A DNA stretch of 64,000 nucleotides from Candidatus Harrisonbacteria bacterium (GTDB taxonomy: Bacteria > Patescibacteriota > Minisyncoccia > UBA6257 > UBA11618): the NCBI GenBank assembly GCA_016867415.1, contig VGJO01000001.1, positions 80,052-144,051 on the forward strand, in the 5' to 3' direction. Under the pieces are notes generated by a model, which was given only the letters and a program-made list of their open reading frames with translations, ran no database searches and had not been told where the DNA came from. Within the stretch, counting starts at the first letter, position 1, and each line of letters begins with the position of its first letter. This document shows positions 1-9,540 of the stretch, in pieces. Both the position numbers and the translations under genes were made by a program.

Positions 1-1331
1 ACATCTGGTTTGACTCTGGAAGCATGCCTCTCGCTTCCTGGCACTATCCTTTTGAAAATAAATCTCTTATTAATTCCGGCGAGCAGTATCCCGCCGACTA
101 CATCTGCGAAGCGATGGACCAGACCCGTGGCTGGTTTTATACCCTTCTTTCTATCGCTACTCTTCTCAAAAAGCCGGCTCCTTTCAAAAACGTAATTTCT
201 GTTGGTCTTATCCTCGATAAAAACGGCGAGAAGATGAGTAAGTCAAAAGGGAATGTGGTTAGCCCCTGGGAGCTCAGTGATAAGTATGGTGTCGACGCTC
301 TTCGTTTTTATCTCTATTCCATCAATCCGCCCGGTGAAGCTAAGCGTTTTGATGAGACTGATCTTGGCAAAGTGGGGAATCGCATCATGACCACCCTTTA
401 TAACTCTTTTGTTTTCTATGATACCTACGCCCTGAAAAATATCGAGATTGATTGGAAAAAGGAAAAACTCACAAATATTCTTGATCGCTGGATCCTTGCC
501 CGCTTTGAGTCAGCGAGTGGTGAAATGACTAAACTTCTTGAAAAATATGACGTTCACGAAGCCACGAAAGTGATTGACGCTTTGATCGACGATCTTTCTC
601 GTTGGTACATTCGCCGCTCCCGCAAACGCTTCCAACAGCCGATAAAAAACGATCATCGCATCGCCTCCGCCGTCCTTTACCGGTCTCTCCTTACCCTCGT
701 AAAACTCATGGCGCCCTTCACTCCCTTCATAAGCGAAGCATTATATCAAGCTTTGAAAAAAGACTCCGATCCCGAGTCCGTCCATTTCCTCGACTATCCA
801 GTAGGGGATAAAACCCTTTTTAATAAAGAGCTCGTGAAGTCTATGGGTCTCATCCGCGATTATGCTTCCTCTGGTCTCTCCGCTCGGCAAAAGGCTGCTC
901 TCAAAGTCCGCCAACCTCTCTCTTCTTTGTCGCTAAAGATAAAAAAATCTCCTTTTAATAAAAAAGATGAAACAGCCCTCCTCGATATCCTTCGCGACGA
1001 GGTAAATGTGAAGAAAATTATTTTTTCCGCGGATCTTAAGGAAGAGGTTGTGCTTGATACTAAGCTCACCGAAAAACTGAAGCGCGAAGGTTACCTCCGT
1101 GAAATTTCCCGTCTTGTCCAAGGTCTTCGCCAAGAGGCCGGTTTTTCGCCCAAAGATCAAATTATCCTGTATGCGACTGGTGACGACTACCTGGTCGATC
1201 TTATGAAGTCGAGCAAGTCTTTAAAGAAATCAGTCGGCGCGGCCACAATAGAATTCCGTAAAGTAGCCGGAGTTAAAGCGAACGACGAACTCCTCCTCGA
1301 CAACTACCGCCTCTGGCTCGGAATAAAATAA
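1..1331 (+). CDS. ileS: isoleucyl-tRNA synthetase, C-terminal part (5' end outside window); type-2/eukaryote-like signature
   Basis: Frame open from window start. WFDSGSMP and DQTRGWFYTL motifs and the KMSKS loop (EKMSKSKGN) of class I aaRS. C-terminal anticodon-binding/editing-like region. Confidence 0.9.
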   Translation, partial: IWFDSGSMPLASWHYPFENKSLINSGEQYPADYICEAMDQTRGWFYTLLSIATLLKKPAPFKNVISVGLILDKNGEKMSKSKGNVVSPWELSDKYGVDALRFYLYSINPPGEAKRFDETDLGKVGNRIMTTLYNSFVFYDTYALKNIEIDWKKEKLTNILDRWILARFESASGEMTKLLEKYDVHEATKVIDALIDDLSRWYIRRSRKRFQQPIKNDHRIASAVLYRSLLTLVKLMAPFTPFISEALYQALKKDSDPESVHFLDYPVGDKTLFNKELVKSMGLIRDYASSGLSARQKAALKVRQPLSSLSLKIKKSPFNKKDETALLDILRDEVNVKKIIFSADLKEEVVLDTKLTEKLKREGYLREISRLVQGLRQEAGFSPKDQIILYATGDDYLVDLMKSSKSLKKSVGAATIEFRKVAGVKANDELLLDNYRLWLGIK

Positions 1332-1364
1332 CATTAAAAAACGGCTTTCACCGTTTTTTAATGT
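1331..1364. terminator. bidirectional intrinsic terminator between convergent ileS and trpS
   Basis: Perfect 14-bp inverted repeat acattaaaaaacgg / ccgttttttaatgt with a 6-nt loop. A-run and T-run flank it, so it is usable on both strands. Confidence 0.7.
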
Positions 1365-2347
1365 TATAAAAGTCCAATTACTCTCTTCACTTCCCGTATT
1401 TTTTTATCCGCTATCTTTCTCGCTTTTTCCTCTCCTGCCTGAAATATTTCCTCTACCTGTTTTTGCTTATGACCCCATTCTCCTTTTGCTTCACGGTAAA
1501 GGAGAAGGGCGTTGCTAATAGTTTCGGCCGCCATTTTTTTAAAATCCCCATAACTCATCCCCGCCGCTTCTTTTTCGAGTGTTATAATCTCTTTTTGAGT
1601 AAGCCCCGAAAGAATAGTGAGAAGATTGCTAATTCCCGGTTTCTTTTCCTCGTCGTAGCGAATTTCTCGATCCGAATCTGTTACCGCTTTCCCTACTTTA
1701 TCGTGAATAATCTCCGGCGTGTCATCGATAAAAAGACACCCGCCCGGCAGTGACTTGCTCATCTTTCGTGTCGGATCATCGAGACTCATGACTCTTGTGG
1801 CTTGAGTCATCAGTGCCTTCGGTTCTATAAATAATTGTCCAAACCGATTATTAAATCGTCGGGCCAAGTCCCGCGTGAGCTCTAGGTGCTGTACCTGGTC
1901 CTCACCTACCGGCACCACCTCGGTGTCATAGAGGAGAATATCCGCCGCCATGAGGACCGGATAGGTAAAAAGAGCCGAGTTAATATTTTCCTCCTGTCGA
2001 CTCACCTTGTCTTTGTACTGCGTCATTCGCGACAGCTCGCCAAAGTAGGTGATGGTTGAGAGGAGCCAATAGAGCTCCGACTGTTCACTAATCCGGGATT
2101 GTCGAAAAAGCGTAGATCGGAGAGGGTCAAGTCCGGCCGCGAGAAAGGTGGTCATGAGATCCATAATTTCCGCCCGTTTCTCTTCTGGCGTGTAGCTCTG
2201 CGTGAGTGAATGCAGATCTGCTACCATAAACAAACATTCATGATTTGCCTCCTCCTGCAGTTGGACGAAATTAGTCAGTGCCCCTAAATAATTCCCTATA
2301 TGCAGTCTCCCCGTCGGCTGTATCCCCGACAACACCCTATACTTCAT
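1364..2347 (-). CDS. trpS: tryptophanyl-tRNA synthetase
   Basis: QPTGRLHIGNYLGA (HIGH-like) and KMSKS motifs. Start chosen at MKYRVLSG (ATG 2345-2347, GAAGG 7 nt upstream). The ORF track extends to 2518, but that N-extension has no TrpRS-like sequence. Confidence 0.85.
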   Translation of the reverse strand: MKYRVLSGIQPTGRLHIGNYLGALTNFVQLQEEANHECLFMVADLHSLTQSYTPEEKRAEIMDLMTTFLAAGLDPLRSTLFRQSRISEQSELYWLLSTITYFGELSRMTQYKDKVSRQEENINSALFTYPVLMAADILLYDTEVVPVGEDQVQHLELTRDLARRFNNRFGQLFIEPKALMTQATRVMSLDDPTRKMSKSLPGGCLFIDDTPEIIHDKVGKAVTDSDREIRYDEEKKPGISNLLTILSGLTQKEIITLEKEAAGMSYGDFKKMAAETISNALLLYREAKGEWGHKQKQVEEIFQAGEEKARKIADKKIREVKRVIGLL

Positions 2348-2607
2348 ACAATTACCTTCGATTGTATCAACTATCCCCTCCATCATCAAATAAGGATTTT
2401 TCTCTGGCATTACGAAGTTCATAAGATGCCCTCCTCCTCGCGCAGAATTTTTGTCCCTATGACGAGGAGAAAGCAAGTATTGCGAGGAGGCATACATAAT
2501 CGGTATGTTGACGAGCAAAAGGAGCTTTCGACAATGTCAGAGGGAAAAAAGACAAGCGCTTAAAAAAACCAAAAGTAAAAGTTATTTTTTGATTGAGTTA
2601 ATTAAGC

Positions 2608-4350
2608 TTATACCTCAATCACTACGGGCAATATCATTGGCCTTCGTTTGGTTTTTTTAAATAAAAAGGAACCAATCTGTTCGCGAATTACTGTCTTCAC
2701 ATAATCCGACTCCGGATCTTGTCCTTGCACCCGCTCCATCACTGATCGGATCTTGCGTCGGATCTCATCCATCATCTCCTTACTTTCTTTGAGATAAATA
2801 AAGCCGCGGGAAATAATATCTGGATTTTTAAGGAGGCGGCCATTGTGCTTGTCAATCGTCGCAATGATCACGAGCATTCCTTCCTGAGAGAGAAGGATGC
2901 GATCTCGTAGCACCACTTCACCGACGTCTCCTACGCCGAGGCCATCCACCATCACGTAGTAGCTATCGATCGTCTCGCCGGTAATCATTGCTTTGTTTTC
3001 TTCGAGCTCCGCCACGTGTCCATTATCGAGAAGTAAGACATTATCTTTAGGGATTCCGCATTTTACCGCTAGCTCTCTATTCGCCGCTCGCTTAAAGAAG
3101 TAGCCATGAGTCGGAATCATAAACTTTGGCTTGATAAGTTTGATCGCACTTATAAGTTCATCCGCCGGCGCGTGTCCGGAAGAGTGAATATCAATATCCT
3201 TTGACTGAAAGACTCTCGCTCCCTGCCGAGTAAGATTGTCCTTCAAATTCTGCACCCCCCGCTCATTACCTGGAATAATTGAGGATGATAGGACGAAAGT
3301 GTCGCCTGGTTTAGTCTGTAGTATTTTATGCTCGCCGTTTGCAATCCGCATGAGCGAAGCATTTGATTGTCCTTGGGCGCCTGTACAGAAAATGATTACT
3401 TTTTCATCCTTATATTTATTAATCTCCTCAATCGGGATAATCGTATCCTTGGGGAATTTCATATAACCCATGTTTTGGGCGATCTGAATATTCGTCTTCA
3501 TTGAGTAGCCGTCAATAAAGACTTTTCGTTTCAGTTTAATAGCGATCTTAATCATTTCACGCAAGCGGGTAAGGAGCGAAGCAAATGTCGAGACGATAAT
3601 TCTTCCTGACGCTTCATCAAAAAGTATTTCTAAATTCTTTTCCACGAGCCGCTCCGACACGGTCTTACCGGGGATATCCGCGTTCGTACTGTCGATGAGA
3701 AGAGTGTGCACTCCCATCTTCCCAATCCGCTCGAAGTCATCAAGCCCTATCGGATTATCATCATGGTCGTAATCAATCTTAAAGTCGGTAAAGTGGACGA
3801 TATTGCCAATCGGCGTCTTAAGAATTGTCCCAATCGTATCCGGTACTGTGTGATCAAGCGTAAAAAACTCTGCTTGGAAATATTTTCCAAATGACACTTT
3901 ATCGCCCGGATTCACCACCATTGCGTCGAGTTTTGGTAAGTTCCGGAATTCTTCATGGCGCTTCGCCACCATTTCTTTGGTAATTGGCGCCATGTAGACC
4001 GTCGGATTGCCGAGCTTCGGCAAGACGTAGGGGATAGCGCCTGTGTGATCATAGTGGCCGTGGGTAATAATGAGCGCCCGGATTTTGTGCTTGTTGCGTT
4101 CCAGGTAATTGACGTTTGGAATGATAAAGTCGATACCCGGCGTCGTTTCCTCGGGAAATTGGAGACCTGCGTCAATGATTACAATTTCGTCATCATACTC
4201 AAAAAAGCACATGTTCCGACCGATTTCTTCAAAACCACCCAAAGGGGCAAAACGCATTCGCTTCTTGCCATCTTGAGGTGGTGCCACTCTTTCTTTTACG
4301 CCATTTTCCCGATCCCGAGAAAACGACCTTCTGTTGTTTTTATGTTCCAT
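2608..4350 (-). CDS. rnj: ribonuclease J (metallo-beta-lactamase/beta-CASP)
   Basis: HGHYDHTGAIPY (HxHxDH) motif, PLGGFEEIGRNM N-terminus and beta-CASP region typical of RNase J. Length 580 aa. Confidence 0.88.
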   Translation of the reverse strand: MEHKNNRRSFSRDRENGVKERVAPPQDGKKRMRFAPLGGFEEIGRNMCFFEYDDEIVIIDAGLQFPEETTPGIDFIIPNVNYLERNKHKIRALIITHGHYDHTGAIPYVLPKLGNPTVYMAPITKEMVAKRHEEFRNLPKLDAMVVNPGDKVSFGKYFQAEFFTLDHTVPDTIGTILKTPIGNIVHFTDFKIDYDHDDNPIGLDDFERIGKMGVHTLLIDSTNADIPGKTVSERLVEKNLEILFDEASGRIIVSTFASLLTRLREMIKIAIKLKRKVFIDGYSMKTNIQIAQNMGYMKFPKDTIIPIEEINKYKDEKVIIFCTGAQGQSNASLMRIANGEHKILQTKPGDTFVLSSSIIPGNERGVQNLKDNLTRQGARVFQSKDIDIHSSGHAPADELISAIKLIKPKFMIPTHGYFFKRAANRELAVKCGIPKDNVLLLDNGHVAELEENKAMITGETIDSYYVMVDGLGVGDVGEVVLRDRILLSQEGMLVIIATIDKHNGRLLKNPDIISRGFIYLKESKEMMDEIRRKIRSVMERVQGQDPESDYVKTVIREQIGSFLFKKTKRRPMILPVVIEV

Positions 4351-4454
4351 TATTGTTTTTATAATTTTTTATTTTTTGTAATATTTTTTTACTTTTTATT
4401 TCTAATGATGTTCATTAAGAATTTTTCTCCGAAGCCGCTAGAAATGTGGTATTC

Positions 4455-4586
4455 GGAAAATTCTTGAGGATTTTTCATCGAGTCCGAGGCGCTTTCTCTT
4501 TTGCGACTAAGGTGTACATAAGGAGTACTCCGCGGGAGAAAAAGAGGAAGGAACAAAGGAATCGATGAAAAAGACCAAGAATTTTG
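4455..4586 (+). repeat. tRNA-adjacent variant of the dispersed structured repeat family
   Basis: Shares aggatttttc-gag, gagtactc palindrome and gggagaaaaa...aaaagaccaa blocks with the copy at 14703-14837 and with the main family. Confidence 0.55.
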
Positions 4587-4669
4587 TGCCCCCAAGAGGA
4601 CTTGAACCTCTACAGGATTTCTCCCACAAGTACCTGAAACTTGCGCGTCTGCCATTTCGCCATGGGGGC
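4587..4669 (-). tRNA. tRNA-Leu (anticodon CAG), type II long variable arm, CCA not encoded
   Basis: Manual fold: acceptor GCCCCCA/TGGGGGC, 3-bp D stem, anticodon stem CAAGT/ACTTG with loop TTCAGGT, long variable arm, T stem AGAGG/CCTCT with TTCAAGT loop. Confidence 0.85.
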
Positions 4670-4687
4670 TGTTTGTTTATGTAATGC

Positions 4688-6373
4688 TCATTTTTGAAAA
4701 ACTCTTGCTGTTTTTTGATACCAATCCGCTACCCGAGAAAATCGTTCCCGTGGTTCCTGAATAAAGAAGGAAAGTGAAGGAATGGTGCTTTTATTCATAA
4801 AGTAGTAGAAATCTGGGGAAAAGAGAAAGAGTACCGGCAAGTCTTTTTGAATATTTTCTTGGACTTGCTTGAGTTTTTCCTCTCGTCGCTTTTCGTTTGT
4901 ATCATTTTTAAGTGAGGTAAGAAGCGTATCTACCTGTGGATTACTATAGAGAGCCAGGTTTGATCCTGGATGCACTCTATTATCCGAATGAAAGAAAGGG
5001 AGAAGATCAGGATTTTTTCTCATCTCTATTCCATAGAGCAGTGCCTCGTACTCTCTTGGTTTTATTATCTCCGCAAGTATCTTCTGAGATTCGATCGGCC
5101 GCAAGGCCACTTCAAAGCCAATTGCTTGATAATTCTTTGCAAGGAGCTCTACTGTTTCTTTCAGGAATCCTATTTCCGGGTAGGTAATAGTGAGTTGTAA
5201 GCGTGTAAGCGTCTTACCTTCTACTTTCATTCTGCCATTTTTTTCGTCCTTTTTAAAGCCCGCTTCATCAAGGAGTTTGTTGGCTTGCTCAAGAGAAAAT
5301 TCCTGCTTTTCCAAACCTTTCAAAAAACCTTTTACATTTGCCCCGATCGGTCCCACGCTTACTCGCGCTGAATTCTGGAAAATCTTTTCAACAATTTCTT
5401 CTCTGTTTGTTGCAAATAATAATGCCTTCCGTACATTCACATTTTGTAGGACCGGATTTTTTACCTGATTAAAAAAGAGCGCAAATGATCGCGGCATCGT
5501 GATAGCAAAACTTTCTTGATCAACGGTAATTTCTTTTTCTGCTTGCGGGTTATAAGTTCCATAGCCATCAATCTCTCGTCGCTGGAAAGCGGCAATTGCC
5601 TCCATCTCACTTGTGTAATATCGGAAAGAAAAATCAGTGATATTTGGCTTTCGCTCTGCAAATGCCTTATTAACTGCAAGCCTCACCTCTTTGATGAAGC
5701 CATCCTTTTCAGTAACCACCTCTTTTACTGTGTATGGGCCATAACCGATAGGGGAAAGATTATAGCTTGATAGCCGGAGATTAGGTACCGGAATACTTTC
5801 AAAGACATGCGCTGGGGCTACTCGTAAATCCTGGAGAATCTCAAGAAAATATGGTTTAGTAGTCCCGAGACTAAAACGTGCTTCATCCTCATTAATTTTT
5901 TCTACTGCCACATTATGCCACCGGCTTCGTTCCGTATGATTTGCGTCTGGATTTTGCATCGTCTTCACGGTAAAGATGAGATCTTTAGCGGTGATCGGCG
6001 CCCCATCAGAAAATCTTGCTCCTTTCTTAAGTTTTACTAAATAATTTTTTCCATTTTCTGAAATATCAATCGTCTCCGTGATAGTCGAAAGTCCAGGAAA
6101 GATGATTTCAATAAGATCTCGATCCGCTTGAGCCCCACTCCCTAAAAGGGGATTAATAAATACTGGTTGTCCCACCACTCCCTCAGTAAAACTCCCTCCC
6201 TCTCGTGGGGCTTCATAAGTAATATGAAAATATCCGGAGATAAGAATAAAGAGGAGTGCTAAGATAGCCGTCACTCCCGTCCCAAAGATCACCCTACGCT
6301 CGAGTGGGGTGAGGTGTCGCATTGTTGTAGAAAGGAGATGAAACACGTTGAGAAAAGAAGTTCGCCTCTGCAA
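4688..6373 (-). CDS. ABC transporter substrate-binding protein, family 5 (peptide/nickel type), membrane-anchored
   Basis: N-terminal TM helix and size and motifs of SBP_bac_5 (ARFSDGAPITAKDL...). An alternative start at MRHLTPLE is possible. Confidence 0.55.
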   Translation of the reverse strand: MQRRTSFLNVFHLLSTTMRHLTPLERRVIFGTGVTAILALLFILISGYFHITYEAPREGGSFTEGVVGQPVFINPLLGSGAQADRDLIEIIFPGLSTITETIDISENGKNYLVKLKKGARFSDGAPITAKDLIFTVKTMQNPDANHTERSRWHNVAVEKINEDEARFSLGTTKPYFLEILQDLRVAPAHVFESIPVPNLRLSSYNLSPIGYGPYTVKEVVTEKDGFIKEVRLAVNKAFAERKPNITDFSFRYYTSEMEAIAAFQRREIDGYGTYNPQAEKEITVDQESFAITMPRSFALFFNQVKNPVLQNVNVRKALLFATNREEIVEKIFQNSARVSVGPIGANVKGFLKGLEKQEFSLEQANKLLDEAGFKKDEKNGRMKVEGKTLTRLQLTITYPEIGFLKETVELLAKNYQAIGFEVALRPIESQKILAEIIKPREYEALLYGIEMRKNPDLLPFFHSDNRVHPGSNLALYSNPQVDTLLTSLKNDTNEKRREEKLKQVQENIQKDLPVLFLFSPDFYYFMNKSTIPSLSFFIQEPRERFSRVADWYQKTARVFQK

Positions 6374-6406
6374 AACGAACTAAAAGATAAAAATATGTGA
6401 AATAAA

Positions 6407-6628
6407 TTAATTAACGAGGTTGACAAACGCAAGCGCTACAAAAACCACTGTCAATATGATCGTCGAAGTAAACACCACTTTCTCCAAGCCGCGTCGGGCC
6501 TGGTAAAAACCAGGAGCCTCCGAGCCGCCAAACGCCCCACCCAATCCGCTTCCTCGCTCCTGAAGAAGGACAAGAATGATAAGAATGACCGAGACCGCGA
6601 TCTGAGCAAAAGTAAGAATGAAATTCAT
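6407..6628 (-). CDS. secG: preprotein translocase subunit SecG
   Basis: 73 aa, two TM helices, LLQERGSGLGGAFGG motif typical of SecG. Confidence 0.7.
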   Translation of the reverse strand: MNFILTFAQIAVSVILIILVLLQERGSGLGGAFGGSEAPGFYQARRGLEKVVFTSTIILTVVFVALAFVNLVN

Positions 6629-6637
6629 ATTTGGTAT

Positions 6638-6976
6638 TTACGGCAAGATCTCAAGGACAAGATTCGTCGCTCCTAGAGCGAGCGCCGCATAGAGAAGTGA
6701 TTGATAGCTACTAATGGTAATGTTTTTGGAATAAAAGTCAAGAATCAAAAACACTCCGCCATTTATTGCCACTCCCAAAATTCCAAAGGTTAGATAGTAA
6801 AAAGGCGTGAGAAGCATGGTCATGATCGGCCGCAACCCTCTATTGATAAAAGTAAAAAGCACCGCTAAAAGTCCAATCTCCCATAGCCTCCCTGTAAGAA
6901 AAAACCCCGAGAGCCACCTCATCAGTACAAGTAGTAACAAAAAATGAATTAACACTGTCCCCAATAACCGAATCAT
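6638..6976 (-). CDS. small 4-TM membrane protein (DUF360 / phage-holin-4_2-like)
   Basis: 112 aa, four hydrophobic segments, NRGLRP...LTFGILGVAINGG pattern resembling DUF360. Confidence 0.45.
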   Translation of the reverse strand: MIRLLGTVLIHFLLLLVLMRWLSGFFLTGRLWEIGLLAVLFTFINRGLRPIMTMLLTPFYYLTFGILGVAINGGVFLILDFYSKNITISSYQSLLYAALALGATNLVLEILP

Positions 6977-7035
6977 AGCTAACTAATTATAATTCATTAA
7001 AAATAATTTTTTTTATATTGTATCTTAAAGGCCTA

Positions 7036-7156
7036 AGCGAAGTAGTTTTGAGCTTAGTTTCGTTCTTCTTTTTGAAAGTAAACTAAGAGCTACTAGGAAA
7101 GTCTATGAAGATTTTCCGGAGAAAAAAATAATGAAAATAAGGCAAAAGCATGAGCG
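7036..7156 (+). repeat. copy of dispersed structured intergenic repeat (divergent copy)
   Basis: agcgaagtagttttgag...ggagaaaaaaataatgaaaat...aaaagcatgagcg aligns with the family consensus. Confidence 0.55.
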
Positions 7157-7447
7157 CTACTCAAGTAATCTTGCAACACGCTCTAATTCTTGCTCAACTA
7201 AAGAACTATCATAATCCCCACTATGTACTGACGCCCCCTCATAGCTTGGTCGCTTCTGATCCAGGTGAAGAGAAAGAAAAAGTTTCCCTTCGGCCACCCG
7301 CGTATACATATGAAACTTCGGATACTCCATTCTGGAGAGTCGTCGCACGAAGCTCGTCTCCGCCCCTTTCTGCCTGTCATAGGCATACCCCGCCCGCCGC
7401 ATAAACACCTGCAAATTTTCTCGAAAACCCTCCACCATCTTTTTCAT
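7157..7447 (-). CDS. hypothetical protein
   Basis: 96-aa ORF with non-repetitive composition, in tandem with gpmI. No recognisable motif. Confidence 0.35.
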   Translation of the reverse strand: MKKMVEGFRENLQVFMRRAGYAYDRQKGAETSFVRRLSRMEYPKFHMYTRVAEGKLFLSLHLDQKRPSYEGASVHSGDYDSSLVEQELERVARLLE

Positions 7448-7621
7448 CTTTCACATTCTATGATCTTTTCCTTTTCTCTGCTAGGTTAATTCTTTAAAAA
7501 TTTCATATCGCGTATTAAATGCAGATTTTTTGAATAAACCTTCACTACCTCTAAACTTCTTATGATAAAAAATACAATCAATCAGTTTTACAACTTTATG
7601 AGTGAATAGAAGTCAGGGATA

Positions 7622-9217
7622 TTAGTTAATTCGAGAGACTAGACTTTCTCCCGTCATATTATCTGGTTTCTTTATCCCTAGTATCTGAAGTATGGTCGGT
7701 GCCACATCTGATAAAAGCCCAATCACGGATAGTCTCTCCTCTGCTCTCCATCTCCTCCTTTCTTCTAAGCTTCGCTCCCACTCCGACCCGACTAAATAAA
7801 AATGCACCTCCGATGCATTATGCTTCGTTTCCGGAATCCCCGTGATTGGATCCATCATTCGCTCCACATTCCCATGATCCGAAGTAATGATCGTGGTCAC
7901 TCCTCGTGTTAGCGCCGCGCTTGCGATTCTTGCGATCTCTGTGTCGAGCACTTCGAGCGCCTTGACCGCCGCGGCAAAGTCGCCCGTGTGTGCAATCATG
8001 TCCGCGTTCGCAAAGTTTACCAAGATAAAATCCATCGCTCCCTCCTCAATCGTCGCAATCACTCGTTCGCTAATCTCTCGCGCCCGCATCTCCGGATGCT
8101 CATTATGATGGGCAGTAGAGGAAGAGGGGATGAGGACTCGATATTCATTTGGTTCCGGCGCCTCAGTGAGTCCGTTAAAAAAATACGTCACGTGAGCATA
8201 TTTCTCCGTCTCAGCAATTCGCAGTTGATTGAGTCCTGCCCTCGATATCACTTTTCCGAGCGGCTCCTCTACTCGTTCGGGTGGAAAAATGATGAGCGGT
8301 GTGATCCCTGCCGCGTATTCAGTCATAGTAGCAAGGATCACTTCCACCTTTTCTTCCTTTACAAAATCTGGATAAAAACTCTGTCCGGCAAGATCTGTAC
8401 TTGAGAAACAACTCGCTATCTGCCGGATACTATCCTCTCGATAATTAAAAAAAAGTACGGCATCGTGAGCTCGCACCGCCCCCTCCATAAAGAACATCGC
8501 TGGTAGTAATTGATCATCATTGAGCCCTTGGGCATACTGTGCCTCGATATACGTCCTGATCCTCTCCCGCTCCTCTCCCTCCTCTGCCACCAGTTTTTTA
8601 TTCCCAATGATCGCCTCGTACATTTCCTTTGTCCGATCAAAGTGCCGATCTCGATCGAGACCAAACACCCGTCCCCCGATACTTCCCATCCTTGCTCCGT
8701 GCTTTTGCATCGTTGGTAAAAGCCGTTCATATAATTCTAAAAAAGATCTTGGAGCGCTATCTTTCCCATCCGCAAATAAATGTAAATATATCTCTATCCC
8801 TCCCTCTTTCCCCGCGACCTCAATGAGCTGTATGAGGTGCTCAAGCGACGCATGCACATGCCCTTGTGACAAGAGACCGATAAGGTGCAGTCGCCCACTC
8901 TGCCGAGCTTTGGTCAGCGTCTCTCGGAGTACCGGATTTTTCGCAAAATCGCCCGTCTCAATCGCAATCGAAATTCGGGGGTAGTGCTGATAGAGAATTT
9001 TACCAGCGCCGAGTGTTAGGTGCCCTACCTCGCTATTGCCTACTTCGCCCCAAGGTAGACCCACGGCAATCCCCGAGGCCTGGAGCGCCCCGCCCCTATA
9101 ATGGCTTCGGATGATCTCCATATTTGGGAGTTTAGCTGTCATGATGGGATTCGTCTGATCTCGTTCTCCCTCCCCCCAGCCATCAGTAATAATAAGACAA
9201 ACTTTTTTCTTTGACAT
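7622..9217 (-). CDS. gpmI: 2,3-bisphosphoglycerate-independent phosphoglycerate mutase
   Basis: N-terminus MSKKKVCLIITDGWG and HLIGLLSQGHVH match iPGM. Length 531 aa. Confidence 0.88.
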   Translation of the reverse strand: MSKKKVCLIITDGWGEGERDQTNPIMTAKLPNMEIIRSHYRGGALQASGIAVGLPWGEVGNSEVGHLTLGAGKILYQHYPRISIAIETGDFAKNPVLRETLTKARQSGRLHLIGLLSQGHVHASLEHLIQLIEVAGKEGGIEIYLHLFADGKDSAPRSFLELYERLLPTMQKHGARMGSIGGRVFGLDRDRHFDRTKEMYEAIIGNKKLVAEEGEERERIRTYIEAQYAQGLNDDQLLPAMFFMEGAVRAHDAVLFFNYREDSIRQIASCFSSTDLAGQSFYPDFVKEEKVEVILATMTEYAAGITPLIIFPPERVEEPLGKVISRAGLNQLRIAETEKYAHVTYFFNGLTEAPEPNEYRVLIPSSSTAHHNEHPEMRAREISERVIATIEEGAMDFILVNFANADMIAHTGDFAAAVKALEVLDTEIARIASAALTRGVTTIITSDHGNVERMMDPITGIPETKHNASEVHFYLVGSEWERSLEERRRWRAEERLSVIGLLSDVAPTILQILGIKKPDNMTGESLVSRIN

Positions 9218-9329
9218 TTTACTCTTGACTACCTACTATCTTCTTAAACCGAGTCATTACTTCTATTATAGTTTCTATTATATTATGTAGTAAGGAAGGC
9301 TTGATTTCACTAATACCCAATAAAAAGCA

Positions 9330-9412
9330 CAGGATTTTTCGAGGAAATTTTGTTTTTTCTTGTGAGTAAGCGCCGGAGCATACTAAAAATAAGCTCGTAG
9401 ACACCTAATACT
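9330..9412 (+). repeat. copy (5'-truncated subtype) of dispersed structured repeat
   Basis: caggatttttcgagga...gcgccggagcatactaaaaataagctcgtagac aligns with the 22118-22253 copy. Confidence 0.5.
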
Positions 9413-9540
9413 CTCAATTCTCTAAGGGCTATAGATCCTAGGTATTCTCCGGGAAATAAAAAAATAGAAAGTTATCGAAAAAGACCAGCTCTTAATTGAT
9501 AGAAAAAATCGTTAATATCAAATGTCTATTTTTAACTACT

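Noticed and set aside
1364-2518. Long N-terminal extension of trpS (start at 2518)
   Set aside because: The extension has no TrpRS similarity. The canonical MKYRVLSGIQPTG start at 2347 has a GAAGG RBS.
4389-4655. 88-aa minus-strand ORF
   Set aside because: It lies entirely over the tRNA-Leu gene and the adjacent repeat, so it is not protein-coding.
7150-7404. 84-aa + strand ORF and 62-aa minus ORF overlapping 7157-7447
   Set aside because: They overlap a better minus-strand ORF and the repeat copy, and have no RBS or motifs.
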